Of a stretch of DNA of 64,000 nt, positions 1-10,241 are shown piece after piece. This DNA is from Flavobacteriales bacterium (GTDB lineage Bacteria > Bacteroidota > Bacteroidia > JACJYZ01), in NCBI GenBank assembly GCA_020635855.1, contig JACJYZ010000004.1, forward strand, positions 238,020 to 302,019. The letters run 5' to 3'. How positions within the stretch are numbered: the stretch's first letter is position 1; each line of letters starts with the position of its first letter. Made by a program: the position numbers and the translations under genes. Under the pieces are notes generated by a model. The model worked only from the letters and a program-made list of their open reading frames with translations, did not search any database and was not told the origin of the DNA.

Positions 1-26
1 ATTTTCAACAAGATTTCAATTCATCC

Positions 27-3014
27 ATGAGAAAGTATTGCATGCTTTTAGCCGGCATTCTGCTATGTGCAGGATGGGTTCGGGCACAGGAAACATTCCC
101 ATATAACGGTATTCCCGATCACGACCACAGGTACTATGCATTTACACATGCACGGCTTGTAACGGATCCCTCGAACATAATTGAGGATGGCACCCTGCTG
201 ATCCGGAATGGCAAGGTGGAAAAAACCGGAAAGGATGTGAGCATACCTGCCGGCAGTGTGGTGTACGACCTGAAAGGCAAATCCATCTACCCCTCTTTCA
301 TCGATGCCTACAGCACCTACGGAATGCCGGAAGTGAGCCGCGACCGCAGCGGCAGGGGCACCCAATATGAATCGAACAAAACCGGACCCTTTGCCTGGAA
401 CCAGGCGCTGCAACCCGAAACCGATGCATCGGCCTTGTTCACCCCCGACGAAAAGGAAGCCGGTAAGCTAAGAGCCCAAGGCTTCGGTGCGCTGAACATT
501 TACAACCCCGACGGCATCTCACGGGGCAATTCTTCGCTGGTGAGCCTGGCCGACAAGAACGACAATGAACTGGTGCTATCCGGTAAAGTTGCTGCCATGC
601 TCTCCTTCAACCGGGGATCATCCAGGCAATCATATCCCACCTCGCTGATGGGATGCATCGCCCTGATCCGCCAGACCTACATGGATGCCACCTGGTATAA
701 ACAAAACCCCACCGAATACAACCTTTCGCTGGAAGCATGGAACAACCTGCAAAAGCTGCCCCAGATCTTTGAAGCGGCAAACAAACTGAACGCCTTACGC
801 GCTGACCGTCTCGGCGATGAGTTCGGCCAACAGTACATCATCAAAGGAAACGGCGACGAATACCAACGCATCGATGAGATCAAGAAAACCGGCGCCACCT
901 TCATCATCCCGGTAAAATTTCCGGAAGCATATGATGTGAGCGATCCGTACGACGCCATGATGGTGGACCTCGAAGAACTCGAACATTGGGAAAAAGCCCC
1001 AACCAATGCAGCCCGCCTGGCCAAAGCCGGCGTGCCCTTTGCACTCACCGCATCCGACCTGAAAGATCCGAAAGACTTTCTTCCCAACCTGCGCAAAGCC
1101 ATGATGTTCGGACTCACCGAGCAACAGGCGCTGTCGGCCCTCACCACCACCCCGGCAAAGATTCTCCGTGCAGACCAACTGGTGGGCAGTCTGACACCCG
1201 GTAAACTGGCCAACTTCATCATCACCTCCGGCCCGGTCTTCGATGAGGAAACCACCCTTTACGAAAACTGGACCCTGGGACAACGTCACGTGATCGAAGA
1301 CATGAACCGACCCGACATACGCGGCACTTATGAACTCTCATTCGGAGACAGGAAAAACGAACTGAAGATCTCCGGCCAGCCGGCCAAACCCGAAGGCAAA
1401 CTCATGGTCTCCGATTCCGCTTCCACCAAGGCCGCCGTGAAATTCGACGGGACCCGGATCACGATTTCTTTCCAGGCAGATACATCATCAAAAGACCAGG
1501 TGCGACTGTCGGGTGTGATTGGTGACAGCGTTGTATTCAAAGGGCGCGGACAAACCGAGAACGGCATGTGGGTCTCCTGGCAGGCCATACGTACCAAACC
1601 CTACGAAAACAAAGACCACAAACATCATGATGATGAGCCCGACGAGGCGGCACTCGCACCTTATGTAGTTGCCTTCGGTCGCACCGCCATGCCCACCCAG
1701 GAAACCGTGCTCATTCGCCATGCCACCATCTGGACCAATACAGATAAAGGCATGCTGCTGAATGCCGATATCCTCATCCAGAACGGAAAGGTGGTCAAAG
1801 TAGGCATACTCGGAGACATGCCGGGCATTCACACCATCGATGGTTCCGGCATGCATATTACACCCGGTATCATCGACGAGCATTCACACATCGCCGGAAA
1901 CGGAGGCATCAATGAAGCCGGACAAGCCATCAGCGCCGAGGTGCGCGTGGGTGACATCCTCAACCCGGAAGACATCAACATCTACCGGCAACTTGCCGGT
2001 GGGGTAACCGCCGTTCAGGTGCTGCACGGTTCCGCCAACCCCATCGGGGGCCAGTCGGCACTGATCAAACTGCGTTGGGGCGCATCCGCCGAAGACATGA
2101 AGATCAAGGGAAGTGACGGGTTTATCAAATTCGCTTTGGGTGAGAACGTGAAATGGTCGAACCGCTCACCCGATTACAACGACCGCTATCCGCAAACCCG
2201 CATGGGCGTGGAACAGATCTATTACAAGGCTTTCACCGAAGCACGTGAATACGACAACGCCTGGAAGAAATACCAGGCAGCTAAAAAAGGACCCGCACCC
2301 CGGCGCGACCTCGAGTTGGAAACCCTGGCCGAAATCCTCAACAAGAAACGCTTCATCACCTGTCACTCCTACGTTCAATCGGAAATCAACATGCTGATGC
2401 ACGTGGCCGATTCAATGGGCTTCCGGGTGAACACCTTCACCCACATCCTGGAAGGCTACAAAGTGGCCGACAAGATGAAGGCACACGGTGTGGGTGGTTC
2501 TACCTTCTCCGACTGGTGGGCTTATAAAATGGAAGTAAGAGATGCCATCCCGTATAACGGTCCGCTCATGCACAACGAAGGTGTAACCGTGGCGTACAAT
2601 TCCGATGATGCGGAAATGGCCCGACGCCTGAACCAGGAAGCAGCCAAAGCTGTGATGTACGGCGGCCTTTCTGAAGTGGAAGCGCTGAAGTTCGTCACAC
2701 TCAATCCGGCCAAACTGCTGCACCTCGACAAACGCATGGGCAGCCTGCAGCCGGGCATGGATGCAGACGTGGTACTCTGGACCGGCCACCCCCTCTCCAT
2801 CTATTCAAAAGTTGAAAAAACCTTTGTGGATGGCAGGTGCCTGTTCGACCGCAAGGAAGATGCACAGATGCAGGAAATGATTGCCAAAGAACGCGAACGG
2901 CTCATCCAGAAAATGATGGCTGAAGGCGGCAAGGGTGGCCACAAGCCCGCTATGAAAGGCAAACGATTGTATCATTGCGACACCCTCGAAGACGAACCCT
3001 ACTGGATGGATTGA
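27..3014 (+). CDS. Large periplasmic amidohydrolase-family protein (995 aa) with two metal-dependent hydrolase regions and an N-terminal signal peptide
   Basis: Full-length ORF beginning MRKYCMLLAGILLCAGWVRAQ (signal peptide). Amidohydrolase-type motifs (PGIIDEHSHIAGNGG, HxH metal site) are visible. Translationally coupled neighbour is a second amidohydrolase. Confidence 0.8.
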   Translation: MRKYCMLLAGILLCAGWVRAQETFPYNGIPDHDHRYYAFTHARLVTDPSNIIEDGTLLIRNGKVEKTGKDVSIPAGSVVYDLKGKSIYPSFIDAYSTYGMPEVSRDRSGRGTQYESNKTGPFAWNQALQPETDASALFTPDEKEAGKLRAQGFGALNIYNPDGISRGNSSLVSLADKNDNELVLSGKVAAMLSFNRGSSRQSYPTSLMGCIALIRQTYMDATWYKQNPTEYNLSLEAWNNLQKLPQIFEAANKLNALRADRLGDEFGQQYIIKGNGDEYQRIDEIKKTGATFIIPVKFPEAYDVSDPYDAMMVDLEELEHWEKAPTNAARLAKAGVPFALTASDLKDPKDFLPNLRKAMMFGLTEQQALSALTTTPAKILRADQLVGSLTPGKLANFIITSGPVFDEETTLYENWTLGQRHVIEDMNRPDIRGTYELSFGDRKNELKISGQPAKPEGKLMVSDSASTKAAVKFDGTRITISFQADTSSKDQVRLSGVIGDSVVFKGRGQTENGMWVSWQAIRTKPYENKDHKHHDDEPDEAALAPYVVAFGRTAMPTQETVLIRHATIWTNTDKGMLLNADILIQNGKVVKVGILGDMPGIHTIDGSGMHITPGIIDEHSHIAGNGGINEAGQAISAEVRVGDILNPEDINIYRQLAGGVTAVQVLHGSANPIGGQSALIKLRWGASAEDMKIKGSDGFIKFALGENVKWSNRSPDYNDRYPQTRMGVEQIYYKAFTEAREYDNAWKKYQAAKKGPAPRRDLELETLAEILNKKRFITCHSYVQSEINMLMHVADSMGFRVNTFTHILEGYKVADKMKAHGVGGSTFSDWWAYKMEVRDAIPYNGPLMHNEGVTVAYNSDDAEMARRLNQEAAKAVMYGGLSEVEALKFVTLNPAKLLHLDKRMGSLQPGMDADVVLWTGHPLSIYSKVEKTFVDGRCLFDRKEDAQMQEMIAKERERLIQKMMAEGGKGGHKPAMKGKRLYHCDTLEDEPYWMD

Positions 3015-3047
3015 TCCCATTCTCAGAACATGCTATTTCTTATCAAC

Positions 3048-4361
3048 ATGAACAGACAATATATTTTACTTGCCACTGCCGCTTTGATCGGAATGAACGT
3101 TCCGGTGGAAGCACAAACACCGGCATCCCCGCAAACCACATCCATCCTGATCATGGACGCAACGGTTCACGTGGGCAACGGACAATTCATCCGGGAAGGT
3201 GCGGTTGGCTTCGACAAGGGCAAAATCACATTTGTAGGCAGGGCCTCCGAAGCCGATACCACCGCGTTCGGTGAAGTCATCCACGCCAAAGACAAACACC
3301 TGTACCCGGGACTGATCCTACCGGACAATACACTCGGACTGACAGAGATCGACGCCATCAGGCCCACCCTTGATTTCAATGAAACCGGTAGCATGAACCC
3401 GAACGTTCGTGCCCTGGTTGCATTCAACACCGATTCAAAGATCATCCCTACCCTGCGCGCCAATGGAGTGCTGCTATCCCAGGCCACACCACAGGGCGGA
3501 CTGATATCCGGAACCTCCGCCATCATGCAACTGGATGGCTGGAACTGGGAAGATGCGGTACTGGAACCAGAAGACGGTATTCACATGCACTGGCCCGTGA
3601 CCCGTTACCGGGGCAACCCATGGCGTGGAGAAGAAGGCATCCAGGAAAACAAAAACAAACCCGATGTACTGGAAGAGCTAGGCCTTTTCTTTGACCGGGC
3701 CAACGCTTACGCAAAAGACAAACAACCTGAATCAACCAACATGAAGCTTCACGCCATGCAGGGCTTGTTTGATGGAAGCAAGAACCTGTACATCCATGTG
3801 AACGATGCACGGGAGATCATGGAATCCGTGAAGTTCGCCCAATCCAAAAACGTAAAGAAGATCGTGGTGGTAGGCGCCGCGGATGCCTGGATGGTAACCG
3901 ACTTCCTGAAAGAAAACCACATCCCGGTGATCCTGCGCAGGGCACATGAGTTGCCCTACCGTGCTGATGAGGCGGTGGACCAACCTTACAAAACTGCTGC
4001 CGCACTCTTCCGTGCACAAATTCCCTATTGCCTGGATTATGCCGGTGACATGGAAGCCATGGGCGCCCGCAACCTGCCGTTCGTGGCAGGTACCACCGTG
4101 GCCTATGGTGTACCCAAAGAGGAAGCCCTGGCATCCATCACATTGCATGCAGCAGAGATCTTGGGTATTTCCGACCGCGTGGGCAGTCTGGAAGTTGGCA
4201 AAGACGCCACCCTGTTCCTGTCAACCGGAGATGTGATGGAGATGATGAAGAACCACCTGGAAGTGGCCTACATCGCAGGGAAGAAACTCGACCTGGATAC
4301 CCATCAGAAACAATTGTACCGGGAATACGCGAAGAAGTACGGGCAGGAGATCAAGGAGTAG
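3048..4361 (+). CDS. Amidohydrolase-family protein (second member of a conserved pair), secreted
   Basis: ORF 3030..4361 with the preferred start at ATG 3048 (MNRQYILLATAALIGMNVPVEAQ signal peptide). Amidohydrolase fold motifs are present. It starts about 30 nt after the upstream amidohydrolase. Confidence 0.75.
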   Translation: MNRQYILLATAALIGMNVPVEAQTPASPQTTSILIMDATVHVGNGQFIREGAVGFDKGKITFVGRASEADTTAFGEVIHAKDKHLYPGLILPDNTLGLTEIDAIRPTLDFNETGSMNPNVRALVAFNTDSKIIPTLRANGVLLSQATPQGGLISGTSAIMQLDGWNWEDAVLEPEDGIHMHWPVTRYRGNPWRGEEGIQENKNKPDVLEELGLFFDRANAYAKDKQPESTNMKLHAMQGLFDGSKNLYIHVNDAREIMESVKFAQSKNVKKIVVVGAADAWMVTDFLKENHIPVILRRAHELPYRADEAVDQPYKTAAALFRAQIPYCLDYAGDMEAMGARNLPFVAGTTVAYGVPKEEALASITLHAAEILGISDRVGSLEVGKDATLFLSTGDVMEMMKNHLEVAYIAGKKLDLDTHQKQLYREYAKKYGQEIKE

Positions 4362-4391
4362 CGGATCTGATGATCGGGATGGGTTCCACCC

Positions 4392-4423
4392 AATTCCTAA
4401 TCCCTAATTCCTAATCCCTAATT
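4392..4423. repeat. Tandem 14-mer (aattcctaatccct) x2.3 abutting the trpS stop between convergent genes
   Basis: Direct reading of the sequence at 4392-4423. Confidence 0.5.
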
Positions 4424-4424
4424 A

Positions 4425-5402
4425 TCAATACCCCACTTTCTCCCTCACCCGCTTAATCACCTTGCCGGCGATCAGCTTGGCCCGCAATGCACCTTTGGAC
4501 AACTCATTCTCGATGAGGGCCGGTGTGGCCATCAGCTCTTCGTAAGCGTTGCGCTCTTTTTCAAAACGTTTGCAGATCACCTGGAACAGGGCGTCTTTGG
4601 CATGGCCGTAACCGAAATTGCCCGCCAGGTATTTGGCACGCAGGTCTTCTATTTCCGCTTCCATTGCAAGCAGTTCATACAACCTGAAAACGTTGCATGT
4701 GTCGGGATCTTTGGGCTCTTCCAATGATTTCGCATCAGTGACGATGGTCATCACCTGCTTGCGAAGGGCCTTGTCGTTTTGAAAGATGTCGATGTAGTTG
4801 TTGTAGGATTTGCTCATCTTCTGGCCATCGGTGCCGGGCACCACCATCACCTTCTCATTGATGAGCGCTTCCGGCAGCACCAAGGTTTCTCCGTAGGCAT
4901 GGTTGAAGCTGCCGGCAATGTCCCGGGTGATCTCAAGGTGCTGCTTCTGGTCTTTGCCCACCGGAACAAATTCCGAATCATACAAGAGGATGTCGGCTGC
5001 CATGAGTACCGGATAATCAAACAGACCCACATTGACTTCATTCAGGCGGCTCGACTTATCCTTGAACGAATGCGCATTGGCCAGCATCGGGTAAGGTGTA
5101 AAGCAGTTCAGGTACCAGGTGAGTTCGCACACTTCGGTGACATCACTCTGACGAAACAGGATGCTGTCGTTGGTATCCAAACCGAAAGCCAGCCATGCGG
5201 CGGCTACAGCGAGGGTATTTTCCTTCAGCACCTTCGGGTCTCTCACGGTGGTCAGGGAATGCAGGTCGGCGATAAAATAGATCGCATCGTTCTCATCCCG
5301 GTGCGACAATTCGATCGCGGGCAGGATGGCACCCAGGATATTTCCCAAATGGGGTTTTCCTGTGCTCTGGATGCCGGTTAAAATTCTTGACATGGTATTC
5401 AA
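4425..5402 (-). CDS. trpS: Tryptophan--tRNA ligase
   Basis: Class I aaRS HIGH-type motif (TGKPHLGN) and KMSKS motif are present in the 325-aa translation. Overall TrpRS-like sequence. Confidence 0.9.
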   Translation of the reverse strand: MNTMSRILTGIQSTGKPHLGNILGAILPAIELSHRDENDAIYFIADLHSLTTVRDPKVLKENTLAVAAAWLAFGLDTNDSILFRQSDVTEVCELTWYLNCFTPYPMLANAHSFKDKSSRLNEVNVGLFDYPVLMAADILLYDSEFVPVGKDQKQHLEITRDIAGSFNHAYGETLVLPEALINEKVMVVPGTDGQKMSKSYNNYIDIFQNDKALRKQVMTIVTDAKSLEEPKDPDTCNVFRLYELLAMEAEIEDLRAKYLAGNFGYGHAKDALFQVICKRFEKERNAYEELMATPALIENELSKGALRAKLIAGKVIKRVREKVGY

Positions 5403-5463
5403 TCAATGGCAGTCGGCTGCGCCTACCTGCCGGTTGTTACAGATGAAGCAATCGTGAATTTAT

Positions 5464-6522
5464 CTAAAGAGAGAGCAGCCATGCGGATTGATGTTCGGCG
5501 CGTAACGCCTCCAACCGGGCTTCCGCCGCCTCGCGCGTGGTGAACCCTTCCAGGCTTACCCTGTAGAGACCGCGTTCGTTCTGACCTGCAATACTTGCAT
5601 CATAACCCTGTTTCCGCAATTCTTTCAGTTTCTTCTCGGCATTCCGCTTGCTGCGGAAACATCCTCCGATAAGATGGAAACGGTTCTCCTTGGGAGGCGC
5701 TTGGATGGGCTGGGATTCCACGGGCGCCGGCTGTGCAGGCGGTGCATCTTCTTTCTTCTCATCGCTGACCGCTTCTGCCTGATGATCTTCAACGGGAGCG
5801 GTGGTCACATCACTTTCCGGGGATGAAGTTTGCGGCACAACCGAATCTTCCTGCGGTACGGTCATCTCCAGCGAAGAAAAATCGGTACCAGGTTGGGGTG
5901 AACCGAATTGAGAAATGGTCCAGGCCAGAAAGGCGCCCATCACAATGAAGACGGGAACAACCGCCGCAACTTTCCAATCGCTGATGCGTCGGATCCTGCG
6001 TACCGTGATTTCCTTCTTTTCCGGTTGGGGGGTGATGCTCCGTTCAATGATGTTCACCGCTTTGGTTTCCTGAACAGATGTGATAACGGGTTGGGGGATC
6101 TCCCTGGCTCGTGCCACCGCCACCACAGGTGTGAGTCCGAATGACGACTTCGCAAAATGCACTTCACCCGAAGGTTCAAAAAGAATCTTGCCGGCAGCGT
6201 TCATGTAAAACCGCCCTACCTCATCCACACGGATCCGTTCTCCTTTTTGCAATCGTTCCTTCCAGGAAGTCAATACATCCGCCACCAAACGCTTCGCTTC
6301 GTTATAGGAAACGCCTTCCCCTTGTCTCACGGCATCTGTCAACAATCCATCGTTGTTGCGCAACACCGGGTTGAAAGACAATTGTTTTCCGGGGGGAAGT
6401 AACCGCCGTTGGTGCACCAGCAAGCGAGCACTCGATTCATTCGCCACCAGCCCGCCGAAATCCGGCAGGATCACACAATCATGTGCCCAAAGCAGTTGCT
6501 TGATATATGGTTCGATCGACAT
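5464..6522 (-). CDS. HU-like N-terminal domain / SPOR domain-containing protein (peptidoglycan-binding, cell-division associated)
   Basis: C-terminal sequence FHLIGGCFRSKRNAEKKLKELRKQGYDASIAG...YRVSLEGFTTREAAEARLEALR is a typical SPOR fold signature. There is a central TM segment and a Pro/Glu-rich linker. Confidence 0.65.
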   Translation of the reverse strand: MSIEPYIKQLLWAHDCVILPDFGGLVANESSARLLVHQRRLLPPGKQLSFNPVLRNNDGLLTDAVRQGEGVSYNEAKRLVADVLTSWKERLQKGERIRVDEVGRFYMNAAGKILFEPSGEVHFAKSSFGLTPVVAVARAREIPQPVITSVQETKAVNIIERSITPQPEKKEITVRRIRRISDWKVAAVVPVFIVMGAFLAWTISQFGSPQPGTDFSSLEMTVPQEDSVVPQTSSPESDVTTAPVEDHQAEAVSDEKKEDAPPAQPAPVESQPIQAPPKENRFHLIGGCFRSKRNAEKKLKELRKQGYDASIAGQNERGLYRVSLEGFTTREAAEARLEALRAEHQSAWLLSL

Positions 6523-6569
6523 GTACAGTATGGATACGCCGGCCTAAAAATACATAAAACCACAGGATG

Positions 6570-7316
6570 TCAGTGGCCCGGAGCCTGTAATTTTTTTACA
6601 TCTTCCGGTCTGTCCACCGCTGCACTCTCATACGCGGTGATACCCACCCGGATACGGAATCCGTTCTGCAACCACCGAAGCTGTTCCAATGACTCCGCTT
6701 TTTCAAGTGACGATACAGGCAAGGCGGCGATGGCTTTCAGTGCATCATACCTGAAAGCGTAAACACCCAGGTGCTTTAGGAAAGTATGCTCACCGAGCCA
6801 TTCCGCCGTAGGAAAACCCTTTACATACGGGATGGCCTGACGGCTGAAATAGAGGGCCCATCCTGCGTGGTCGGTCACCACCTTCACCCGGTTGGGGTCA
6901 TGAAGGGTTTCGGCATCCTCTACCTTTTTGGCCAGCGTGGCGATGCGCACCTGTTCATCCCCGAAAAGATCACACAGTTCCCTGATCTGTTCAGGATATA
7001 AATAGGGTTCATCTCCCTGTATGTTGATGAGTACATCATGATCACCGGGTGCGGGATCCATGTGATTGGATGCTTCCCTGCAACGGTCCGTACCACTTGG
7101 ATGATCGGGTGATGTCATCACCACCTTCCCACCGAAGGACGCCACGTGTTCACGGATGCGGTCGTCATCGGTGGCCACCACCAGGTTGTCCAAACCCGCT
7201 TTCGAAGCCTGCTCCCATACCCTCCGGATCATGGTCTTCCCATGGATCATGGCCAATGGCTTTCCCGGGAATCGGGTGGAAGCATAACGGGCCGGAATGA
7301 TACCTATGAATTTCAT
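6570..7316 (-). CDS. kdsB: 3-deoxy-manno-octulosonate cytidylyltransferase (CMP-KDO synthetase)
   Basis: MKFIGIIPARYASTRFPGKPL... is the canonical KdsB N-terminus. The ORF track extends the frame to 7694, but the conserved start is at 7316 (ATG). The extension overlaps dprA. Confidence 0.85.
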   Translation of the reverse strand: MKFIGIIPARYASTRFPGKPLAMIHGKTMIRRVWEQASKAGLDNLVVATDDDRIREHVASFGGKVVMTSPDHPSGTDRCREASNHMDPAPGDHDVLINIQGDEPYLYPEQIRELCDLFGDEQVRIATLAKKVEDAETLHDPNRVKVVTDHAGWALYFSRQAIPYVKGFPTAEWLGEHTFLKHLGVYAFRYDALKAIAALPVSSLEKAESLEQLRWLQNGFRIRVGITAYESAAVDRPEDVKKLQAPGH

Positions 7317-7406
7317 ACGGGAAAATGTGATGTTCGAACTTACGTTTGGCGAGGCCGGGCCCTTCAATCGTTTACTTTTGGCCGCAACAAATGTAACGGA
7401 TTCAGG

Positions 7407-8507
7407 GTGGATGCACAATGGATACATCGCCTCGCGCTCTTGTTCATACCGGGCGTCGGGGTTCAGTCGGCCAAGATCCTGCTGGCATACGCCGGCGGTG
7501 AAGACGCGATTTTTCATATCAGTAAAAAAGAACTCCTGAAAATGCCCGGGCTCTCCACCGCAGCTGCCCGTTCGGTATGGCAACACAAAGATGAGGCCCT
7601 GGATCGCGCGGCTCGGGAATGGAAGTTCATCCGGACCAAAGAAATCCGTCCGGTATTCTTTACCGATGCAGATTTCCCTTCCCGACTCAGGCATACCCCT
7701 GACGGACCCATCCTATTGTTTGTTGAGGGGAATGCAGAACTGAATCCTTCCAAAGCACTCGCAGTGGTGGGAAGCAGAAAGGCCAATGCATACGGGCTTT
7801 CTCTTTGCGAGCAGATCATCACCGATTTGGCGGCACATGATGTATGCATCGTGAGCGGACTGGCATACGGCATGGACATCATGGCTCACCGCACCGCCCT
7901 CGCCACCGGTCTGCCCACCCTCGGGGTGTTGGGTCACGGACTGGATAGGATGTACCCCGGACAACATGCACAGATAGCCGAAAAAATGAAAACCAACGGT
8001 GCCCTCATCACCGAGTTTGCCAGCGGCACCCAACCCGATCGGGAAAATTTCCCGAGACGCAACCGCATCGTTGCCGGCATGGTGGATGCCCTGCTCGTTG
8101 TACAAACCGCCACTTCGGGAGGTTCACTTATCACCGCGTCGCTGGCCATGGATTACAACCGGGATGTGTTCGCCGTGCCAGGCCATGTGCATGACCCCTA
8201 CTCGGCTGGCTGTCATGCGCTGATCAAATCCAACAAAGCCGCATTGGTGGAATCGGCGGAAGACATTATTCATGCCATGAACTGGCAACCGAAGAAACCC
8301 GCATCCATCCAAACCGAATGCTTCCCGGTTTGCACGGATGATGAACAAGCACTGCTTGACATCCTTCGGTCGCACGGTGAACTTCCGATCGACGAACTGG
8401 GTGCCGGGTTGAAATGGACACCCGCCCGCACCTCATCGGTTTTACTTCAACTGGAGTTCAGGGGACTGGTCAAGGCCCTGCCGGGTAAAAGGTACCGCCC
8501 GGGATAA
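7407..8507 (+). CDS. dprA: DNA processing protein DprA (Smf)
   Basis: RLALLFIPGVGVQSAKILL (N-terminal SAM-like motif) and the Rossmann-like DprA core (ALAVVGSRKANAYG, VSGLAYGMD, VFAVPG) are present. I propose the start at GTG 7407 because the ORF-track start (7146) lies inside kdsB. The exact start is uncertain. Confidence 0.75.
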   Translation: MDAQWIHRLALLFIPGVGVQSAKILLAYAGGEDAIFHISKKELLKMPGLSTAAARSVWQHKDEALDRAAREWKFIRTKEIRPVFFTDADFPSRLRHTPDGPILLFVEGNAELNPSKALAVVGSRKANAYGLSLCEQIITDLAAHDVCIVSGLAYGMDIMAHRTALATGLPTLGVLGHGLDRMYPGQHAQIAEKMKTNGALITEFASGTQPDRENFPRRNRIVAGMVDALLVVQTATSGGSLITASLAMDYNRDVFAVPGHVHDPYSAGCHALIKSNKAALVESAEDIIHAMNWQPKKPASIQTECFPVCTDDEQALLDILRSHGELPIDELGAGLKWTPARTSSVLLQLEFRGLVKALPGKRYRPG

Positions 8508-8623
8508 GTTTATACACATCAGGCCGTTCATGTTCCATGGAGGCGCTCCCGGAAATGTGCTTCATTTCTTTTTACATTTCCGGCATAATCTTTGTCAACA
8601 CTGCCATTCAATACTTCTGCCGG

Positions 8624-9157
8624 ATGAAGCGAACGTTATTTTTTCACCTGTTACTGATCTCCACCTTTGTGTTTTTGGCCGGAACTTCCGCCAACGCCCA
8701 ACGCATTCGTCCATGGGGACTGGGACCCGAAGTGATCTACAACTACTCCATCAAGGAGATCGGTCTGGGTGGCCGGGCACATCTTTACATGGGACGGTAC
8801 ATCTTCTTTTCTCCGGAAATCACTTTCTTCCCGGGCTTCAACAAATACAAGGAAATGTATGTCGGTGCCGGTGTACATTACAACACCACACCCGACTACA
8901 AGTGGGGATTCTACGGCATGATGCACCTGGGCTGGAACCGTTGGTTCAACTATGATGAGTTCATCACCGAAAAAGCCAAACCACACAACCTGGCCGTGGA
9001 ACCGGGTATTGGTATGGTGCTCAACCGGGGCTGCCTGCGACCCTTCGGTGAGGCGCGGTACAACTGGAAATGGCACGAGGGTTCACTCCGCATCGGTGTG
9101 ATCTTTCTCTTCAAATACTGCCAGGCACATGAGTTCTGTCCGCCTGCAGCACACTAA
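8624..9157 (+). CDS. Hypothetical outer-membrane beta-barrel-like protein with signal peptide
   Basis: MKRTLFFHLLLISTFVFLAGTSANAQ signal peptide. Alternating aromatic/hydrophobic beta-strand pattern ends ...RIGVIFLF. The start is taken at the internal Met of the ORF-track frame. Confidence 0.45.
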   Translation: MKRTLFFHLLLISTFVFLAGTSANAQRIRPWGLGPEVIYNYSIKEIGLGGRAHLYMGRYIFFSPEITFFPGFNKYKEMYVGAGVHYNTTPDYKWGFYGMMHLGWNRWFNYDEFITEKAKPHNLAVEPGIGMVLNRGCLRPFGEARYNWKWHEGSLRIGVIFLFKYCQAHEFCPPAAH

Positions 9158-9176
9158 CCTGACAACCTGCAAACGC

Positions 9177-10046
9177 ATGAAAAACAAATACGGAATCTGG
9201 ATCCTGCTGATCGCTACACTCTTCGTTGCATGCAAGAGCGTACGCAAAGAACAAGGCGATTCGTTCGAATCCATGGACGAATTCTTCGACGCACACAAAC
9301 AGGAAGAACAAACATTCGTGCTCGACAGCGGTGGCACAGGTCCGATTGTAGGAAAAATGGGCAGCTTGTTATACGGTGACTCTTCCATTTTCATGGATGC
9401 CAACAGCAACGATGTATCCTACCCCATCACCCTGAAACTGATCGAACTTTACACCCGCGGCGATATCATCCTGTACCGCACGCCCACCATCAGCGACAAC
9501 GGTACGGTGCTCAGGTCCGGAGGCGAGATCAAACTCACAGCCTTCAAAGACAGTCAGCCCTTGCAAATCAAACCGGGGAAATATTTCAGGGTGGATATGC
9601 CCTGCTCCGCACCCGAAACAGGCATGACGATGTTTTACAGCAGCCAGGATCCGGCCGAGAACTGGACCTATTCCGCCGATCCCGCCCTTGACGTGGTGGG
9701 CTTTTATCAGACCCGGCCGACGAAATTGGGCTGGATCAACTGCGACAAACTCTACAGCGGCGGAACCAACACCACCATCACCTTCACGGTGGATGGAAGC
9801 GGCACCGAAAACATCAACGTTTTCATTGCCTTTAAGAATTTTCTTTCCGTGCTGAAAGTGTCCGGCCTGGTATCAACCAATGTACCTGAGGGGGAAGACA
9901 TCACCGTGATTGCCATGGCAAAAGACAAGGGTGGAAATTACCGCCTGCATCAATCCAACGAAACCATTGCAGCCGGTATGACCGTTGCCCTGGATATGCA
10001 GGAAGTGACGGAGCAACAATTGGTGGATTTCCTGGGGGGATTGTAG
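9177..10046 (+). CDS. Hypothetical lipoprotein
   Basis: MKNKYGIWILLIATLFVACKS lipobox-type signal (Cys after the hydrophobic core). No recognisable catalytic motifs. Confidence 0.5.
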   Translation: MKNKYGIWILLIATLFVACKSVRKEQGDSFESMDEFFDAHKQEEQTFVLDSGGTGPIVGKMGSLLYGDSSIFMDANSNDVSYPITLKLIELYTRGDIILYRTPTISDNGTVLRSGGEIKLTAFKDSQPLQIKPGKYFRVDMPCSAPETGMTMFYSSQDPAENWTYSADPALDVVGFYQTRPTKLGWINCDKLYSGGTNTTITFTVDGSGTENINVFIAFKNFLSVLKVSGLVSTNVPEGEDITVIAMAKDKGGNYRLHQSNETIAAGMTVALDMQEVTEQQLVDFLGGL

Positions 10047-10241
10047 CGATTTGAGAACTGTTCAAACTGTTTTAAGTTCACAAATACAGCAATGCATATT
10101 GAATGTGATGCTGATGTGTACATTTCTTGCCTGATAGGTAAGGATTGAAAAAGATACTTCTGGTTAAACACTCCTTTATGGTACATTTTAGCATTTTTAG
10201 TGCATTATGTATCTATCAAACGGATGCAAAAATATTTTTAA

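Noticed and set aside
7146-7406. 5' extension of the dprA reading frame (ORF track start 7146) and 5' extension of kdsB to 7694
   Set aside because: The two extensions overlap each other on opposite strands by more than 500 nt. The conserved N-termini (MKFIGIIPARY for KdsB; RLALLFIPGVG for DprA) start well inside. The extensions are read-through of high-GC DNA.
8530-8623. N-terminal 29 aa of ORF 8537..9157 (MEALPEMCFISFYISG...)
   Set aside because: An internal Met at 8624 precedes a textbook signal peptide. The upstream residues are probably untranslated leader.
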